Position numbers and translations under genes: made by a program
From: Candidatus Omnitrophota bacterium
GTDB lineage: Bacteria > Omnitrophota > Gorgyraeia > Zapsychrales > Fredricksoniimonadaceae
Direction: 5' to 3'
Length of the DNA: 64,000 nt
NCBI GenBank assembly: GCA_044225175.1
Contig: JBGAJA010000001.1
Location: forward strand, 134,994 to 198,993
Shown here: positions 1 through 9,873 of the stretch, piece by piece
Layout: every line of letters begins with the position of its first letter
Position numbering within the stretch: position 1 is the first letter of the stretch
The notes under the pieces: generated by a model
What the model was told of the DNA's origin: nothing
Seen by the model: the letters and a program-made list of their open reading frames with translations, nothing else
The model's database searches: none

Positions 1-1953
1 CATTTTTGTGCTGGAACTTTAGGCTGGCCGTATATTAAGAAGGATGTAAATTTTTCTGAGTTCTTCTTGCTTATATCGACTCATTTTTTGGCTGTCATAC
101 GAATGGTTATTCTATGTCTATGGGAAAACAAACTAGCATCAATGGATTTTATGTATGGGCTTTTCAAGAAAGAAAATGTCTTAGTTGAGCTAAAATTTGT
201 ACCTTTGCGTGTTTTAATTTGTATCCTTCTGCGCGAATTAATCACCCTTGGTGCCGTCATGGATACCATTCGAGGCCTGCCAATTATCCATCTTAATTAT
301 TTAGGATATGATGAACAAGCTCATCGGCGTAGTCCAGACTCCCAAACAGCCCATTGGGCATTAAAAGGAATAGATAAGTCTATCGCTAGAATTTATTCTG
401 CTGCGATCAAGTCATCTCGACGGCACTATGATGTCTGGGTTTATTCAGACCATGGGCAGGAAGCTACAATTCCTTATGTTGGTTTGTATGGAAAAACTGT
501 GGAAGAAGCTGTCGCTCAAGTCTTTCATGGCCTGTTTGATCCGAAAATAAAAGAAACTAGCAAATTCAATTCAGCAAAGAAAACACATGAGAGTATTCAG
601 CTGCAAAGGGCCCGTTATCTAGGTCAATGGGTTAGAAAAATAGGGATTTTGGATCAAGGACCAGATTTAGCTTTGGATGCTGATTTGGTTACAACTGCGA
701 TGGGACCTTTAGGAGGGATCTATGTATTTAAAGAATTGACGGCCGAGGAACGATTGCGTTTTGCTAAAGAGTTAGTGCGCACAGCCAAGATTCCATTGGT
801 TCTGATGCAGCAAGAAGAGGGCAAGGTGCTGGCATGGACTAATCAAGGTCAATTTAATCTGCCAGAGCAAGCCCGTGACGTTATAGGCGCTGATCATCCT
901 TTTTTTGAAGATATCCTCAAAGATCTTATTGCATTATGCCATCATCCTAATGCTGGAACTTTAACAATTTCTGGATGGCGGCCAAATGAAAAACCCTTGA
1001 GTTTTCCTTTTGAGAATGGGGCTCACGCGGGTCCAGGAAGACTAGAGACAAACGCGTTTGCGTTACTGCCAGCCAATGTTAAATTACGTTCTTACGAACG
1101 CACATATTTTAGAACTAAAGATTTGCGTGAATCTGCCTTGCGATTGTTGAAACGAACACCTGAATCTCATTTAAGTGCTTCTTCAAAAATCATTGTTCCA
1201 AATACGTCTCATCCATCGAAAACCATCCGAATCATGACCTACAATGTTCATGGTTGTAAAGGCTTAGATGGCAAGGTTTCTCCTGAGAGAATTGCCAAAG
1301 TGATTGGACGCTATGAACCGGATATCGTGGTGCTTCAAGAACTAGATATGGGGCGCAAGCGTTCTGGAAAAATGGACCAACCGCATGTGATTGCTAAAGA
1401 ATTAGAGATGATGTACCACTTTCATCCTGCCATTCACGTTGAAGAAGAACGATATGGTAATGCCATACTTAGCCGTTATCCCATGGATTTAATCCATGCA
1501 GCCGTATTGCCCCCTTTAAAAAATAGATTTAATTGCGAACCGCGTGGGGCTATGTGGGCTTCAGTCAAGGTAGGAGATGTTCATCTACAAGTCATTAACA
1601 CACATTTAAGTTTTCATAGCCATGAGGGATGGCATCAAGCGAATGCTTTAATGGGTGATGAGTGGACAGCGCATCCCCATTGTCAGGGGCCAGTTGTTCT
1701 TTGTGGAGATTTTAATTGTCTACCAAATTCTGCCACATGGCGTACAATTAATGGTAAATTTCAAGACGTTCAACGGATATTAGATAATCACCGTCCAAAG
1801 GCAACATGGTTTGGACATTATCCGATAGGGCGCATTGATCATGTTTTTATAAGTCCAGATATAAAGGTTTCTGCCATTGATGTTCCTAGGACTAAATTAA
1901 ATAAAATATCGTCGGATCATTTACCATTAATTGTAGATTTGGAGGTGTTTTAA
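1..1953 (+). CDS. Alkaline-phosphatase-like/phosphodiesterase domain fused to C-terminal endonuclease/exonuclease/phosphatase (EEP) domain; 5'-truncated by window edge
   Basis: Frame open from base 1; YDEQAH and SDHGQ metal motifs; EEP motifs MTYNVH, LQE, NTHLS, CGDFN, IDHVF, SDHLP. Confidence 0.8.
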   Translation, partial: HFCAGTLGWPYIKKDVNFSEFFLLISTHFLAVIRMVILCLWENKLASMDFMYGLFKKENVLVELKFVPLRVLICILLRELITLGAVMDTIRGLPIIHLNYLGYDEQAHRRSPDSQTAHWALKGIDKSIARIYSAAIKSSRRHYDVWVYSDHGQEATIPYVGLYGKTVEEAVAQVFHGLFDPKIKETSKFNSAKKTHESIQLQRARYLGQWVRKIGILDQGPDLALDADLVTTAMGPLGGIYVFKELTAEERLRFAKELVRTAKIPLVLMQQEEGKVLAWTNQGQFNLPEQARDVIGADHPFFEDILKDLIALCHHPNAGTLTISGWRPNEKPLSFPFENGAHAGPGRLETNAFALLPANVKLRSYERTYFRTKDLRESALRLLKRTPESHLSASSKIIVPNTSHPSKTIRIMTYNVHGCKGLDGKVSPERIAKVIGRYEPDIVVLQELDMGRKRSGKMDQPHVIAKELEMMYHFHPAIHVEEERYGNAILSRYPMDLIHAAVLPPLKNRFNCEPRGAMWASVKVGDVHLQVINTHLSFHSHEGWHQANALMGDEWTAHPHCQGPVVLCGDFNCLPNSATWRTINGKFQDVQRILDNHRPKATWFGHYPIGRIDHVFISPDIKVSAIDVPRTKLNKISSDHLPLIVDLEVF

Positions 1954-2615
1954 TGGGTGAACATTTTAAAGGTGATCAAAAGCATTTGGATCATGTTTTA
2001 CTTCAAAATGAAAAAAGACTTCTTAATTTTCTACTTCCTTTTGTTCCGTCTTGGATCAGCACTGTCCATTTAACATTGATGACTATTGTGTGGGCTTCTC
2101 TTATTGTTTTGTTTGGCTATTTGGCTAATACAAACATCATTTGGTTGCTTGGCTTCAATGCGTGCATATTTCTTCAATATGTGACAGATATGTTAGATGG
2201 GGCAGTAGGTCGTCAAAGAAATGAGGGGTTGATTAAATGGGGTTTTTATATGGACCATTTTCTTGATTATGTGTTTTTATGTTCAATCATTATCGGATAC
2301 TCATTTTTATTACCTTCATCTTATTTATTTTTAGTTTTATCTTGTTTAGCCATAACAGGTGGTTTTATGGTCCATGTTTTAATGGATTTTGCTATCACAA
2401 GTGATTTTAAAATCAGTTTCAATCATTTTGGTGTATCAGAAGTTCGAATTCTTTTGATTCTTTTTAATTTTTCTTTAATTTATTTAGGTAAAATGTTTTT
2501 TGTTCAAGTTTTTCCATGGGTTGTCTTATGTTCTCTACTTGCTTTAGTTGTTATGGTCTATCAATCTCAAAAAATATACGCAAGTATAGACATGCAGGAA
2601 AAGAAAAATAGTTAA
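1953..2615 (+). CDS. CDP-alcohol phosphatidyltransferase family protein
   Basis: DMLDGAVGR-x-G-x-MDHFLD signature; multiple TM segments. Confidence 0.8.
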   Translation: MGEHFKGDQKHLDHVLLQNEKRLLNFLLPFVPSWISTVHLTLMTIVWASLIVLFGYLANTNIIWLLGFNACIFLQYVTDMLDGAVGRQRNEGLIKWGFYMDHFLDYVFLCSIIIGYSFLLPSSYLFLVLSCLAITGGFMVHVLMDFAITSDFKISFNHFGVSEVRILLILFNFSLIYLGKMFFVQVFPWVVLCSLLALVVMVYQSQKIYASIDMQEKKNS

Positions 2616-2632
2616 TCTAAGAAAGGACACTT

Positions 2633-2869
2633 ATGATTTTTTCAGAAGAAGAAATTTTGGCCATCCTAAAAAAAGAATTACCTGAAGTTAATGGTAAAAA
2701 CTTGGAAGATGTTGCCGGTTCTATTATTCGTTCAGGGAAACATTGGCAGGAAGTTGATTTGGACGAACATGTCCATGATGATGTCAAAATGCAGGTGCTT
2801 CATGATCTGTGCAAACCTACAAATAATAATGAGCCGCCCAAAGATGTTCGTTTATTTTTTAAAAAATAA
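2633..2869 (+). CDS. Small hypothetical protein
   Basis: AAAGGA SD upstream; 78-aa ORF in operon orientation. Confidence 0.55.
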   Translation: MIFSEEEILAILKKELPEVNGKNLEDVAGSIIRSGKHWQEVDLDEHVHDDVKMQVLHDLCKPTNNNEPPKDVRLFFKK

Positions 2870-2922
2870 AAAAACGTCAAAGCCATGGCATTGCCAGATC
2901 AACAAATTCCCAATAGAACCAT

Positions 2923-4323
2923 ATGAAAATCCAATTCTTAGGCGCTGCTTCGAATGTCACAGGATCTCGTTTCTTATTGGAAACTGACGATAAAGTTATT
3001 CTGATTGATTGCGGTTTATATCAAGAGCGGAATTTATTGGAAAGAAATTGGCAGAAGTTTCCCTTTAATCCATTTAAGATTGACGCTGTCATATTGACCC
3101 ACGCCCACATCGATCATTGCGGCTATTTACCGAAACTGATCAAAGAAGGGTATCGAGGGAAGATCTATTGCACCCCACCTACGGCCGAGATAGCCAAGGT
3201 TGCCTTGCTTGATTCGGCTAACATTCAAGAAGCTGATAGTGAATATAAGAGAAAACGTCATGCCAAAGAAGGAAGAAGGGGCCCTCATCCTGAAACACCT
3301 CTTTATACAGCTGATGATGCCAAAAAAGTGTTCCCTCATTTTCATCATATCCAATATGAAAAACCAATTGATCTAGGGAAGAATTTAACAGCGACATTTT
3401 ATGATGCAGGACATATCTTGGGTGCTGCGATGATCCAAATGGAATATCGAGAGAATAATACTACAAAGAAAATTGTTTTTTCAGGTGATATAGGAAGATG
3501 GAATAGACCCATTTTAAAAGACCCGCATCTTTTTAATGATGCAGATTATGTAATCATGGAGGGTACCTATGGGGATCGGTTTCATAGTGATGATGCCAGT
3601 TGTTTGAATGATTTGGAGAAGGTGATCAATAGAACCTATCAAAAGGGTGGGAATATTGTTATTCCAAGCTTTGCGATAGGAAGAACCCAGGAACTTTTAT
3701 ATGATTTGAACCTTCTTCTGAAAGCTAAAAAAATCCCTTCTATTTCAACTTTTGTTGATAGTCCAATGGCAATGGAGATTACAGAAATAGTTAAGTTTTA
3801 TTCTGATTATTTCGATACAGAGGCCCGTGAAATATTACGTCAAGGTTTGGAATTATTTGATTTTCCTTTATTGAAATTTACTGCAACTCCCAATGAATCA
3901 AAGGCCATCAATCACATTCAAGGAACATCCATTATTATGGCCGGAGGAGGGATGTGTACAGGAGGAAGAATTAAACATCACCTGGCTCTTAATCTACCCA
4001 GGCCAGAAAGCACTATTCTTTTTGTTGGATATCAAGCGCTTGGTACTTTAGGCAGAATCATATTAGAGAAACCCGAGGAAGTAAGACTTTTTGGAAAGAA
4101 TCTGAAGGTTAAGGCTAGCATTGAACATATCAATGGATTCTCAGCCCATGCGGATCAAAGAGAATTATTGAAATGGTTGAGCGCTTTTAAGAAACAGCCG
4201 CAAAAAGTCTTTATTGTCCATTCCGAGCAGAAAGCCGCAGAGGCTTTAAAGAACGAGATTCAAAAAACAATGTCCACAGAAGTACATATTCCTTCCTACC
4301 AAGAACAATTTATTTTTTCCTGA
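2923..4323 (+). CDS. MBL-fold beta-CASP metallo-hydrolase (putative RNase)
   Basis: THAHIDH, AGHILG, SGDIG, EGTYG, FSAHAD motifs. Confidence 0.9.
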   Translation: MKIQFLGAASNVTGSRFLLETDDKVILIDCGLYQERNLLERNWQKFPFNPFKIDAVILTHAHIDHCGYLPKLIKEGYRGKIYCTPPTAEIAKVALLDSANIQEADSEYKRKRHAKEGRRGPHPETPLYTADDAKKVFPHFHHIQYEKPIDLGKNLTATFYDAGHILGAAMIQMEYRENNTTKKIVFSGDIGRWNRPILKDPHLFNDADYVIMEGTYGDRFHSDDASCLNDLEKVINRTYQKGGNIVIPSFAIGRTQELLYDLNLLLKAKKIPSISTFVDSPMAMEITEIVKFYSDYFDTEAREILRQGLELFDFPLLKFTATPNESKAINHIQGTSIIMAGGGMCTGGRIKHHLALNLPRPESTILFVGYQALGTLGRIILEKPEEVRLFGKNLKVKASIEHINGFSAHADQRELLKWLSAFKKQPQKVFIVHSEQKAAEALKNEIQKTMSTEVHIPSYQEQFIFS

Positions 4324-4395
4324 TGCCATAGTTTTGTTTGATGAATTAAGGGAATTGTATATAATCCTACATATTCAAAATATAAGAGAGAACGA

Positions 4396-4416
4396 AATAG
4401 GGGTACATCCCTTATT
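4396..4416. repeat. Imperfect palindrome AATAGGGGTACATCCCTTATT, left boundary of defence cassette
   Basis: Related to 14400-14420 (18/27 identity over the extended site). Confidence 0.5.
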
Positions 4417-4428
4417 ATTAGGTTAAAC

Positions 4429-5133
4429 GTGAAGAAAATTTCGAAATCAAACGGTATCAAATCATGGCCATTAGATGACAGGCCAAGAGAGAAATTGCTT
4501 AAAAAAGGTGCAGGCACTTTGAGCAACTCCGAACTCTTGGCTATTTTATTACGCACCGGCACAGCAGGCACCAGCGCCGTTGAACTTTCCCGCAAAATCC
4601 TTGGCAAATTCGGCTCCTTTAGGAGTATGGCCCATACCGACATCCGTGATTGGAAGGAATTCAAAGGTTTAGGCGGGGCTAAGATGGCTCACATTCAGGC
4701 CGCACTTGAAATCGGGCGGCGTTATCAACAGGACGTTGTGTTGTCTCCGGGCAAGCAGAAGATCGCTTCCGCCAAGGACATCGTTGATCTTGTTTTACCC
4801 CACATGCGCGATCTTAAAACCGAAGTCTTTAAAGTTATCTATCTTGATAACAATAACCGAATCATCGATATTACCGACGCCGCCATTGGAACGGTAGACC
4901 ATGCCTTTCCCATCATTCGCGAAATAATCCACAGCGCCTTACAGAAATTCGCCAAGTCGATTGTTTGTGTGCATAACCATCCAAGTGGCGAAACTGCCCC
5001 TAGTGTGCAGGATAAGAAATTTACCAAAGAAATAAATGATGCCGCGCGATTGATGGAAATTAAAGTGTTGGATCACATTATTATTGGTGGGGATAAGTAT
5101 TTTAGTTTTGCCGACGAAGGGCTTATATGTTGA
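4429..5133 (+). CDS. radC: RadC family JAB/MPN protein
   Basis: RPREKL N-terminus, HNHPSG-x-PS-x-D, LDHIII. Confidence 0.93.
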   Translation: MKKISKSNGIKSWPLDDRPREKLLKKGAGTLSNSELLAILLRTGTAGTSAVELSRKILGKFGSFRSMAHTDIRDWKEFKGLGGAKMAHIQAALEIGRRYQQDVVLSPGKQKIASAKDIVDLVLPHMRDLKTEVFKVIYLDNNNRIIDITDAAIGTVDHAFPIIREIIHSALQKFAKSIVCVHNHPSGETAPSVQDKKFTKEINDAARLMEIKVLDHIIIGGDKYFSFADEGLIC

Positions 5134-8009
5134 CAGATTACCACGCAAAATATTTTGCCTATGAGCTCACTAAACGGTGCGCATCCGATAGTTTAGAGAA
5201 GCTATCAGCAACTCTTTCTAATGCTCAGGTCGATTTAAATCCTCACCAAATTGAAGCCGCGCTTTTTGCCTTTCGTTCACCTCTCTCTAAAGGAGCTATT
5301 CTTGCTGATGAAGTTGGTTTAGGTAAAACAATTGAAGCTGGTATTGTTATTTCCCAAAAGTGGGCAGAGCGGCAGAGAAAGATTCTGATCATTGTTCCAG
5401 CGAATTTAAGAAAACAATGGAATGAAGAATTGTTGGATAAGTTTTTTATCCCGTCGATTATTCTTGAAAAGAAATCGTTCAATGAAGAAATCAAGAAAGG
5501 AAATTTAAATCCTTTAAACCAAAAGGATTTGGTTGTTATTTGTTCCTATCATTTTGCTAAATCCAAAGATGTTTATATTAAACAGGCTGGATTCGATTTA
5601 GTGATCATCGATGAAGCGCATCGTTTACGAAATGTTTATAAGGAATCGAATAAAATTGCCAACGCGATTAAAAATTGTTTGAAAGACTTTCCCAAAATTC
5701 TTTTAACCGCAACACCGCTTCAAAACTCGCTTGTTGAGCTTTATGGTTTAGTCAGCATTGTTGATGAGCAGGTCTTTGGTGATTTAGAAAGTTTCAAAGC
5801 ACAATATTGCCATAGTGAACCTCCGAATTATGCAGAATTAAAGGAGCGAATCAAGCCAGTATGTCTTCGGACGCTAAGAAGGCAAGTGTTGGAATATATC
5901 AAGTACACCAATCGTATTGCTATTACCCAAGAATTTTATCCCAAAAAAGAAGAGCAGGATTTGTATAACCTTGTTACCGATTATCTTCAACGAGACAGAC
6001 TTTATGCTCTTCCCAAAGCTCAACGACACTTGATGACGTTGATATTAAGAAAGCTTTTAGCATCGTCCACCTATGCTATTGCTGGCACATTATTGGGTTT
6101 AGCTCGCAAATTAGAATTTCTACTTAAGAATCAGGATAGGCCAGAGGTTGTCGAGGAAATCTTGGCTCAAGATTATGAAACCTATGAGGAAACCAAGGAT
6201 GAATGGCTTGATGATGAAGAAGGTGATGAAGATGAGAAGGATGAAGCTCCACAAACAAAATTAACCGAAGAGGATATTAACAATATTAATGAAGAAATCG
6301 GCTTATTGAAACAAATGCATGAATTAGCGAAATCGATACATAAGAACTCTAAAGGAGAGGTCTTATTAAAAGCTTTGCAGAAAGGGTTTGAAGAAGCTCA
6401 GAATAAGGGAGCATTAAAGAAAGCCATTATTTTTACAGAATCTACCCGAACACAAAGCTATATCCTTGAAATTTTAAGTCAAACGGAATATACGGGCAAG
6501 ATTGTCCTTTTTAATGGAAACAATAATAGTCCGCATGCGAGAGAGATTCTTAAGAAATGGACAGAACGGAATAAAGATACAGATCGAATCACCGATTCTT
6601 CAACTGCCAATATGAGAGCGGCCTTGGTTGATTATTTTCGTAATGAAGGTGTCATTATGATTGCGACTGAAGCTGCCGCTGAGGGCATCAATCTTCAATT
6701 TTGCTCTTTAATTGTTAATTATGACCTTCCTTGGAATCCACAACGCATCGAACAGCGCATAGGCCGCTGTCACCGATATGGCCAAAAGCACGATGTTGTT
6801 GTAGTTAATTTTCTCAATAAAAAGAACGCCGCAGATGTTCGGGTTTATGAATTATTGGAAAAGAAATTCCAGCTTTTTAGCGGTGTATTCGGGGCCAGTG
6901 ATGAAGTCTTAGGCGCTTTGGAGTCCGGTGTTGATTTCGAACGCCGTATTGCCGAGATTTATCAAAATTGCCGAACTGAAGCACAGATTCAAATCTCATT
7001 TGACCAGCTTCAAAAAGATTTGGAAGAAAATATATCAGAGAAAATCACCCAAACAAAACAACGTCTTTTGGAAAGTTTTGATGAGGAAGTTGCTGAAAAA
7101 CTAAGAATAAATTCGATTAAGAGTAATGAGTACAAAGACAAATATGAAAAGTGGCTTTGGGATTTAACGCAATATTTTTTACAACCTTACGCAAAGTTTG
7201 ACCAAGATAATTATTCTTTTGTGCTCGTCGATAATCCATTCCCATCTGAAAAAATTGATCCAGGCCCATACAGAATTGGCAAAAATGTTGATGATGCGCA
7301 TGTTTATAGGGTGGGTCATCCCTTAGCGCAGAAAGTCATTAGCCAATTTAAAAGCAAAGAATTGCCAGCAGTGGAAGTGTGCTTTGACTATGAGAATTCT
7401 GGAAAAAAAATTTCGATATTAGAAGGATTGATTAGCAAGGCGGGATGGCTTACTGTTTATAACTTCACAATCCAGTCTTTTGAAGAAGAGGATCATGTTG
7501 TGTTATGTGGTTTAACTGATGACGGGCAGGAGCTTAATGCAGATCAATGCCGAAGATTATTTTCACTTCCCGGTAGTGTGATAGCTGAAGCGATAACGCC
7601 GGACGGAATTAACAAAAGGATTGCTGAAATTGTGGGCAAACGAAAAGCAATGATTCTGGACACCAATATGCACCGCAACTCAGGATTTTTTGATAAGGAA
7701 ATAGATAAGCTTGACAAGTGGGCAGAAGATAAACGCAATTCATTAAAGCTATCTTTAAAAGATCTTGATGAAGAGATTAAAGAGTTAAAAAAGACAGCTA
7801 AACAAGCGCAGAGTTTGCCTGATAAGTTAGCCGCACAAAAGAAAGTAAAAGCATTAGAGAAAAAGCGAGATGAAGCATGGCGTGAGTACGATGCTACAGG
7901 TCGAAAGATTGAAGAAGAAAAAGATAAGCTTATAGAAACAATTGAACAAAAACTTTCTGCTAAAGAATGCTTAGGGGAAGTTTTTTCAATCCGCTGGAAG
8001 GTTGTTTGA
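5127..8009 (+). CDS. SNF2-family helicase/ATPase with C-terminal coiled coil
   Basis: LADEVGLGKT, DEAH, LTATP, EGINLQ, QRIGRCHRYGQ. Confidence 0.9.
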   Translation: MLTDYHAKYFAYELTKRCASDSLEKLSATLSNAQVDLNPHQIEAALFAFRSPLSKGAILADEVGLGKTIEAGIVISQKWAERQRKILIIVPANLRKQWNEELLDKFFIPSIILEKKSFNEEIKKGNLNPLNQKDLVVICSYHFAKSKDVYIKQAGFDLVIIDEAHRLRNVYKESNKIANAIKNCLKDFPKILLTATPLQNSLVELYGLVSIVDEQVFGDLESFKAQYCHSEPPNYAELKERIKPVCLRTLRRQVLEYIKYTNRIAITQEFYPKKEEQDLYNLVTDYLQRDRLYALPKAQRHLMTLILRKLLASSTYAIAGTLLGLARKLEFLLKNQDRPEVVEEILAQDYETYEETKDEWLDDEEGDEDEKDEAPQTKLTEEDINNINEEIGLLKQMHELAKSIHKNSKGEVLLKALQKGFEEAQNKGALKKAIIFTESTRTQSYILEILSQTEYTGKIVLFNGNNNSPHAREILKKWTERNKDTDRITDSSTANMRAALVDYFRNEGVIMIATEAAAEGINLQFCSLIVNYDLPWNPQRIEQRIGRCHRYGQKHDVVVVNFLNKKNAADVRVYELLEKKFQLFSGVFGASDEVLGALESGVDFERRIAEIYQNCRTEAQIQISFDQLQKDLEENISEKITQTKQRLLESFDEEVAEKLRINSIKSNEYKDKYEKWLWDLTQYFLQPYAKFDQDNYSFVLVDNPFPSEKIDPGPYRIGKNVDDAHVYRVGHPLAQKVISQFKSKELPAVEVCFDYENSGKKISILEGLISKAGWLTVYNFTIQSFEEEDHVVLCGLTDDGQELNADQCRRLFSLPGSVIAEAITPDGINKRIAEIVGKRKAMILDTNMHRNSGFFDKEIDKLDKWAEDKRNSLKLSLKDLDEEIKELKKTAKQAQSLPDKLAAQKKVKALEKKRDEAWREYDATGRKIEEEKDKLIETIEQKLSAKECLGEVFSIRWKVV

Positions 8010-8032
8010 TTTAAATGATAAGGAGATCGTAA

Positions 8033-9871
8033 ATGGAAGAACCGAAGAAAATGGATTTGCGCTCAATCGATATGACCGCAGAGCATAAAGCTAAATTAAT
8101 GCAGATTTTCCCGCATGTATTTAATGAGGACAAGATTGATTTTGAACGTCTCAAGCAAACACTTGGTGAAGATATTGATTCGGGCTTGGAGCGCTTTGGT
8201 TTGACATGGCCGGGGAAATCTGAATGCATGAAGATCATTCAGCAACCAAGCATTGGGACCTTAAAGCCATGTAAAGAGGAGTCGGTTAATTTTGATACGA
8301 CTGAAAATATTTTTATTGAAGGCGATAATCTGGAGGTATTAAAGCTTTTGCAGAAGTCCTATTATGGCAAGGTTAAGATGATCTATATCGACCCGCCCTA
8401 CAATACAGGAAAAGAATTTATTTACCCTGACAAGTATTCTGAAACTTTGGAAACATATCTTGCTTATACTGGGCAAGTTGACTCTGAAGGAAAAAAGTTT
8501 TCGACAAATACGGAGGCTGACGGGCGGTTTCATTCGAAGTGGCTTAATATGATGTTTCCACGTATATTTTTTGCGCGTAATTTATTAAAGGAAGATGGGG
8601 TAATTTTCATAAGTATTGATGATCATGAAGTTGATAATTTAAGAAAGTTATGCAGTGAGGTTTTTGGAGAAGAGAATTTTATTGCACAAATATGTCATAA
8701 GGCAAGAGCTTCAGTCTCAAACGACAAAATAATATCAAGCAATCATAACCATGTTCTTCTTTACGCAAAGAATGCACAAGAGATTCATGAAAAAAGGCAT
8801 TTATTTGGTTTAGATCCAGAGTTAGAAGGTTTTGATAAAAAGGATGATGTGGATTTTTATAAATTGGTACCAGTTGATGGGCCTGGAGGGGCTGCGAAAG
8901 GTAATCCATATTATGAATTTTTGGGTATAAAACAGTATTTCAGGTTTTCTTTAGAAACAATGAAAAGGAAATATGATGAAGGCCGCATTGTAAAAGTTGG
9001 CAATGGTATTCAGCAGAAACTTTATTTGAGTGAAGCTAAAAATACTAGAAAAACCGATACAACTTGGTGGGATGAAAAATTGTATACTTCTACAGCAACT
9101 GCAAGGCTTAGTGAGCTTATGGGGGGCGATTATTTTGACAACCCAAAACCAGTAGAGTTGATTCAAAGAATGCTTAGGTTATGGTCTAGAGATCAAACTG
9201 ATATTATCTTGGATTTTTTTGCAGGATCAGGCACTACCGCACAAGCTGTTATCGAATTAAATAAATCTGATGGGATAAATCGTAATTTTATTTTGATCCA
9301 ACTTCCAGAATTGTGTACACAAGATACGGAAGCCTTTAAGGCGGGTTATAAAACTATTGCTAGCATTACTAAAGAACGTATTAGGCGGGTTATTAAGAAA
9401 ATTCAAGAAGAATCAAAAAGCCAGTTGGATTTTAAGAATAGCAAAATTGATTTAGGTTTTAAAGTTTTCAAGCTCGACCAGTCGAACTTTAAGATTTGGG
9501 ATGGGGTCATCGATCAAGCTACAGATGGTAAGAGAATTGAGAAACAGCTTGAGCTTCAGATTGAACATATCAATCCCAAGGCAACGGAAGATGAAATCTT
9601 ATATGAGTTGTTGCTGAAGTCCGGGTTTGCATTAACGACCAAGGTGGAAGTTTTGCAAATGGCTGGGAAAAAGGTCTATTCCATTGAGAATGGGGCATTG
9701 TTGATTTGTTTGGATAAGAATTTAACCAAAGAAGTCATAACAGAAATGGCGCGTAAAGAGCCGGCCCGTGTGATATGCCTCGATTCTGGCTTTAGCGGGA
9801 ATGATCAATTAAAAACCAATGCAGTTCAGATCATGAAGTCACATAAAGTAGAAGATTTTCGAACGGTTTAA
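8033..9871 (+). CDS. mod: Type III restriction-modification methyltransferase (Mod)
   Basis: IEGDNLEVLK, IDPPY, DFFAGSGT; directly upstream of res. Confidence 0.92.
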   Translation: MEEPKKMDLRSIDMTAEHKAKLMQIFPHVFNEDKIDFERLKQTLGEDIDSGLERFGLTWPGKSECMKIIQQPSIGTLKPCKEESVNFDTTENIFIEGDNLEVLKLLQKSYYGKVKMIYIDPPYNTGKEFIYPDKYSETLETYLAYTGQVDSEGKKFSTNTEADGRFHSKWLNMMFPRIFFARNLLKEDGVIFISIDDHEVDNLRKLCSEVFGEENFIAQICHKARASVSNDKIISSNHNHVLLYAKNAQEIHEKRHLFGLDPELEGFDKKDDVDFYKLVPVDGPGGAAKGNPYYEFLGIKQYFRFSLETMKRKYDEGRIVKVGNGIQQKLYLSEAKNTRKTDTTWWDEKLYTSTATARLSELMGGDYFDNPKPVELIQRMLRLWSRDQTDIILDFFAGSGTTAQAVIELNKSDGINRNFILIQLPELCTQDTEAFKAGYKTIASITKERIRRVIKKIQEESKSQLDFKNSKIDLGFKVFKLDQSNFKIWDGVIDQATDGKRIEKQLELQIEHINPKATEDEILYELLLKSGFALTTKVEVLQMAGKKVYSIENGALLICLDKNLTKEVITEMARKEPARVICLDSGFSGNDQLKTNAVQIMKSHKVEDFRTV

Positions 9872-9873
9872 TT

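Noticed and set aside
8033-9871. Phase-variable mod (phasevarion)
   Set aside because: No long simple-sequence tract seen; the G run near 9121 is only 6 nt
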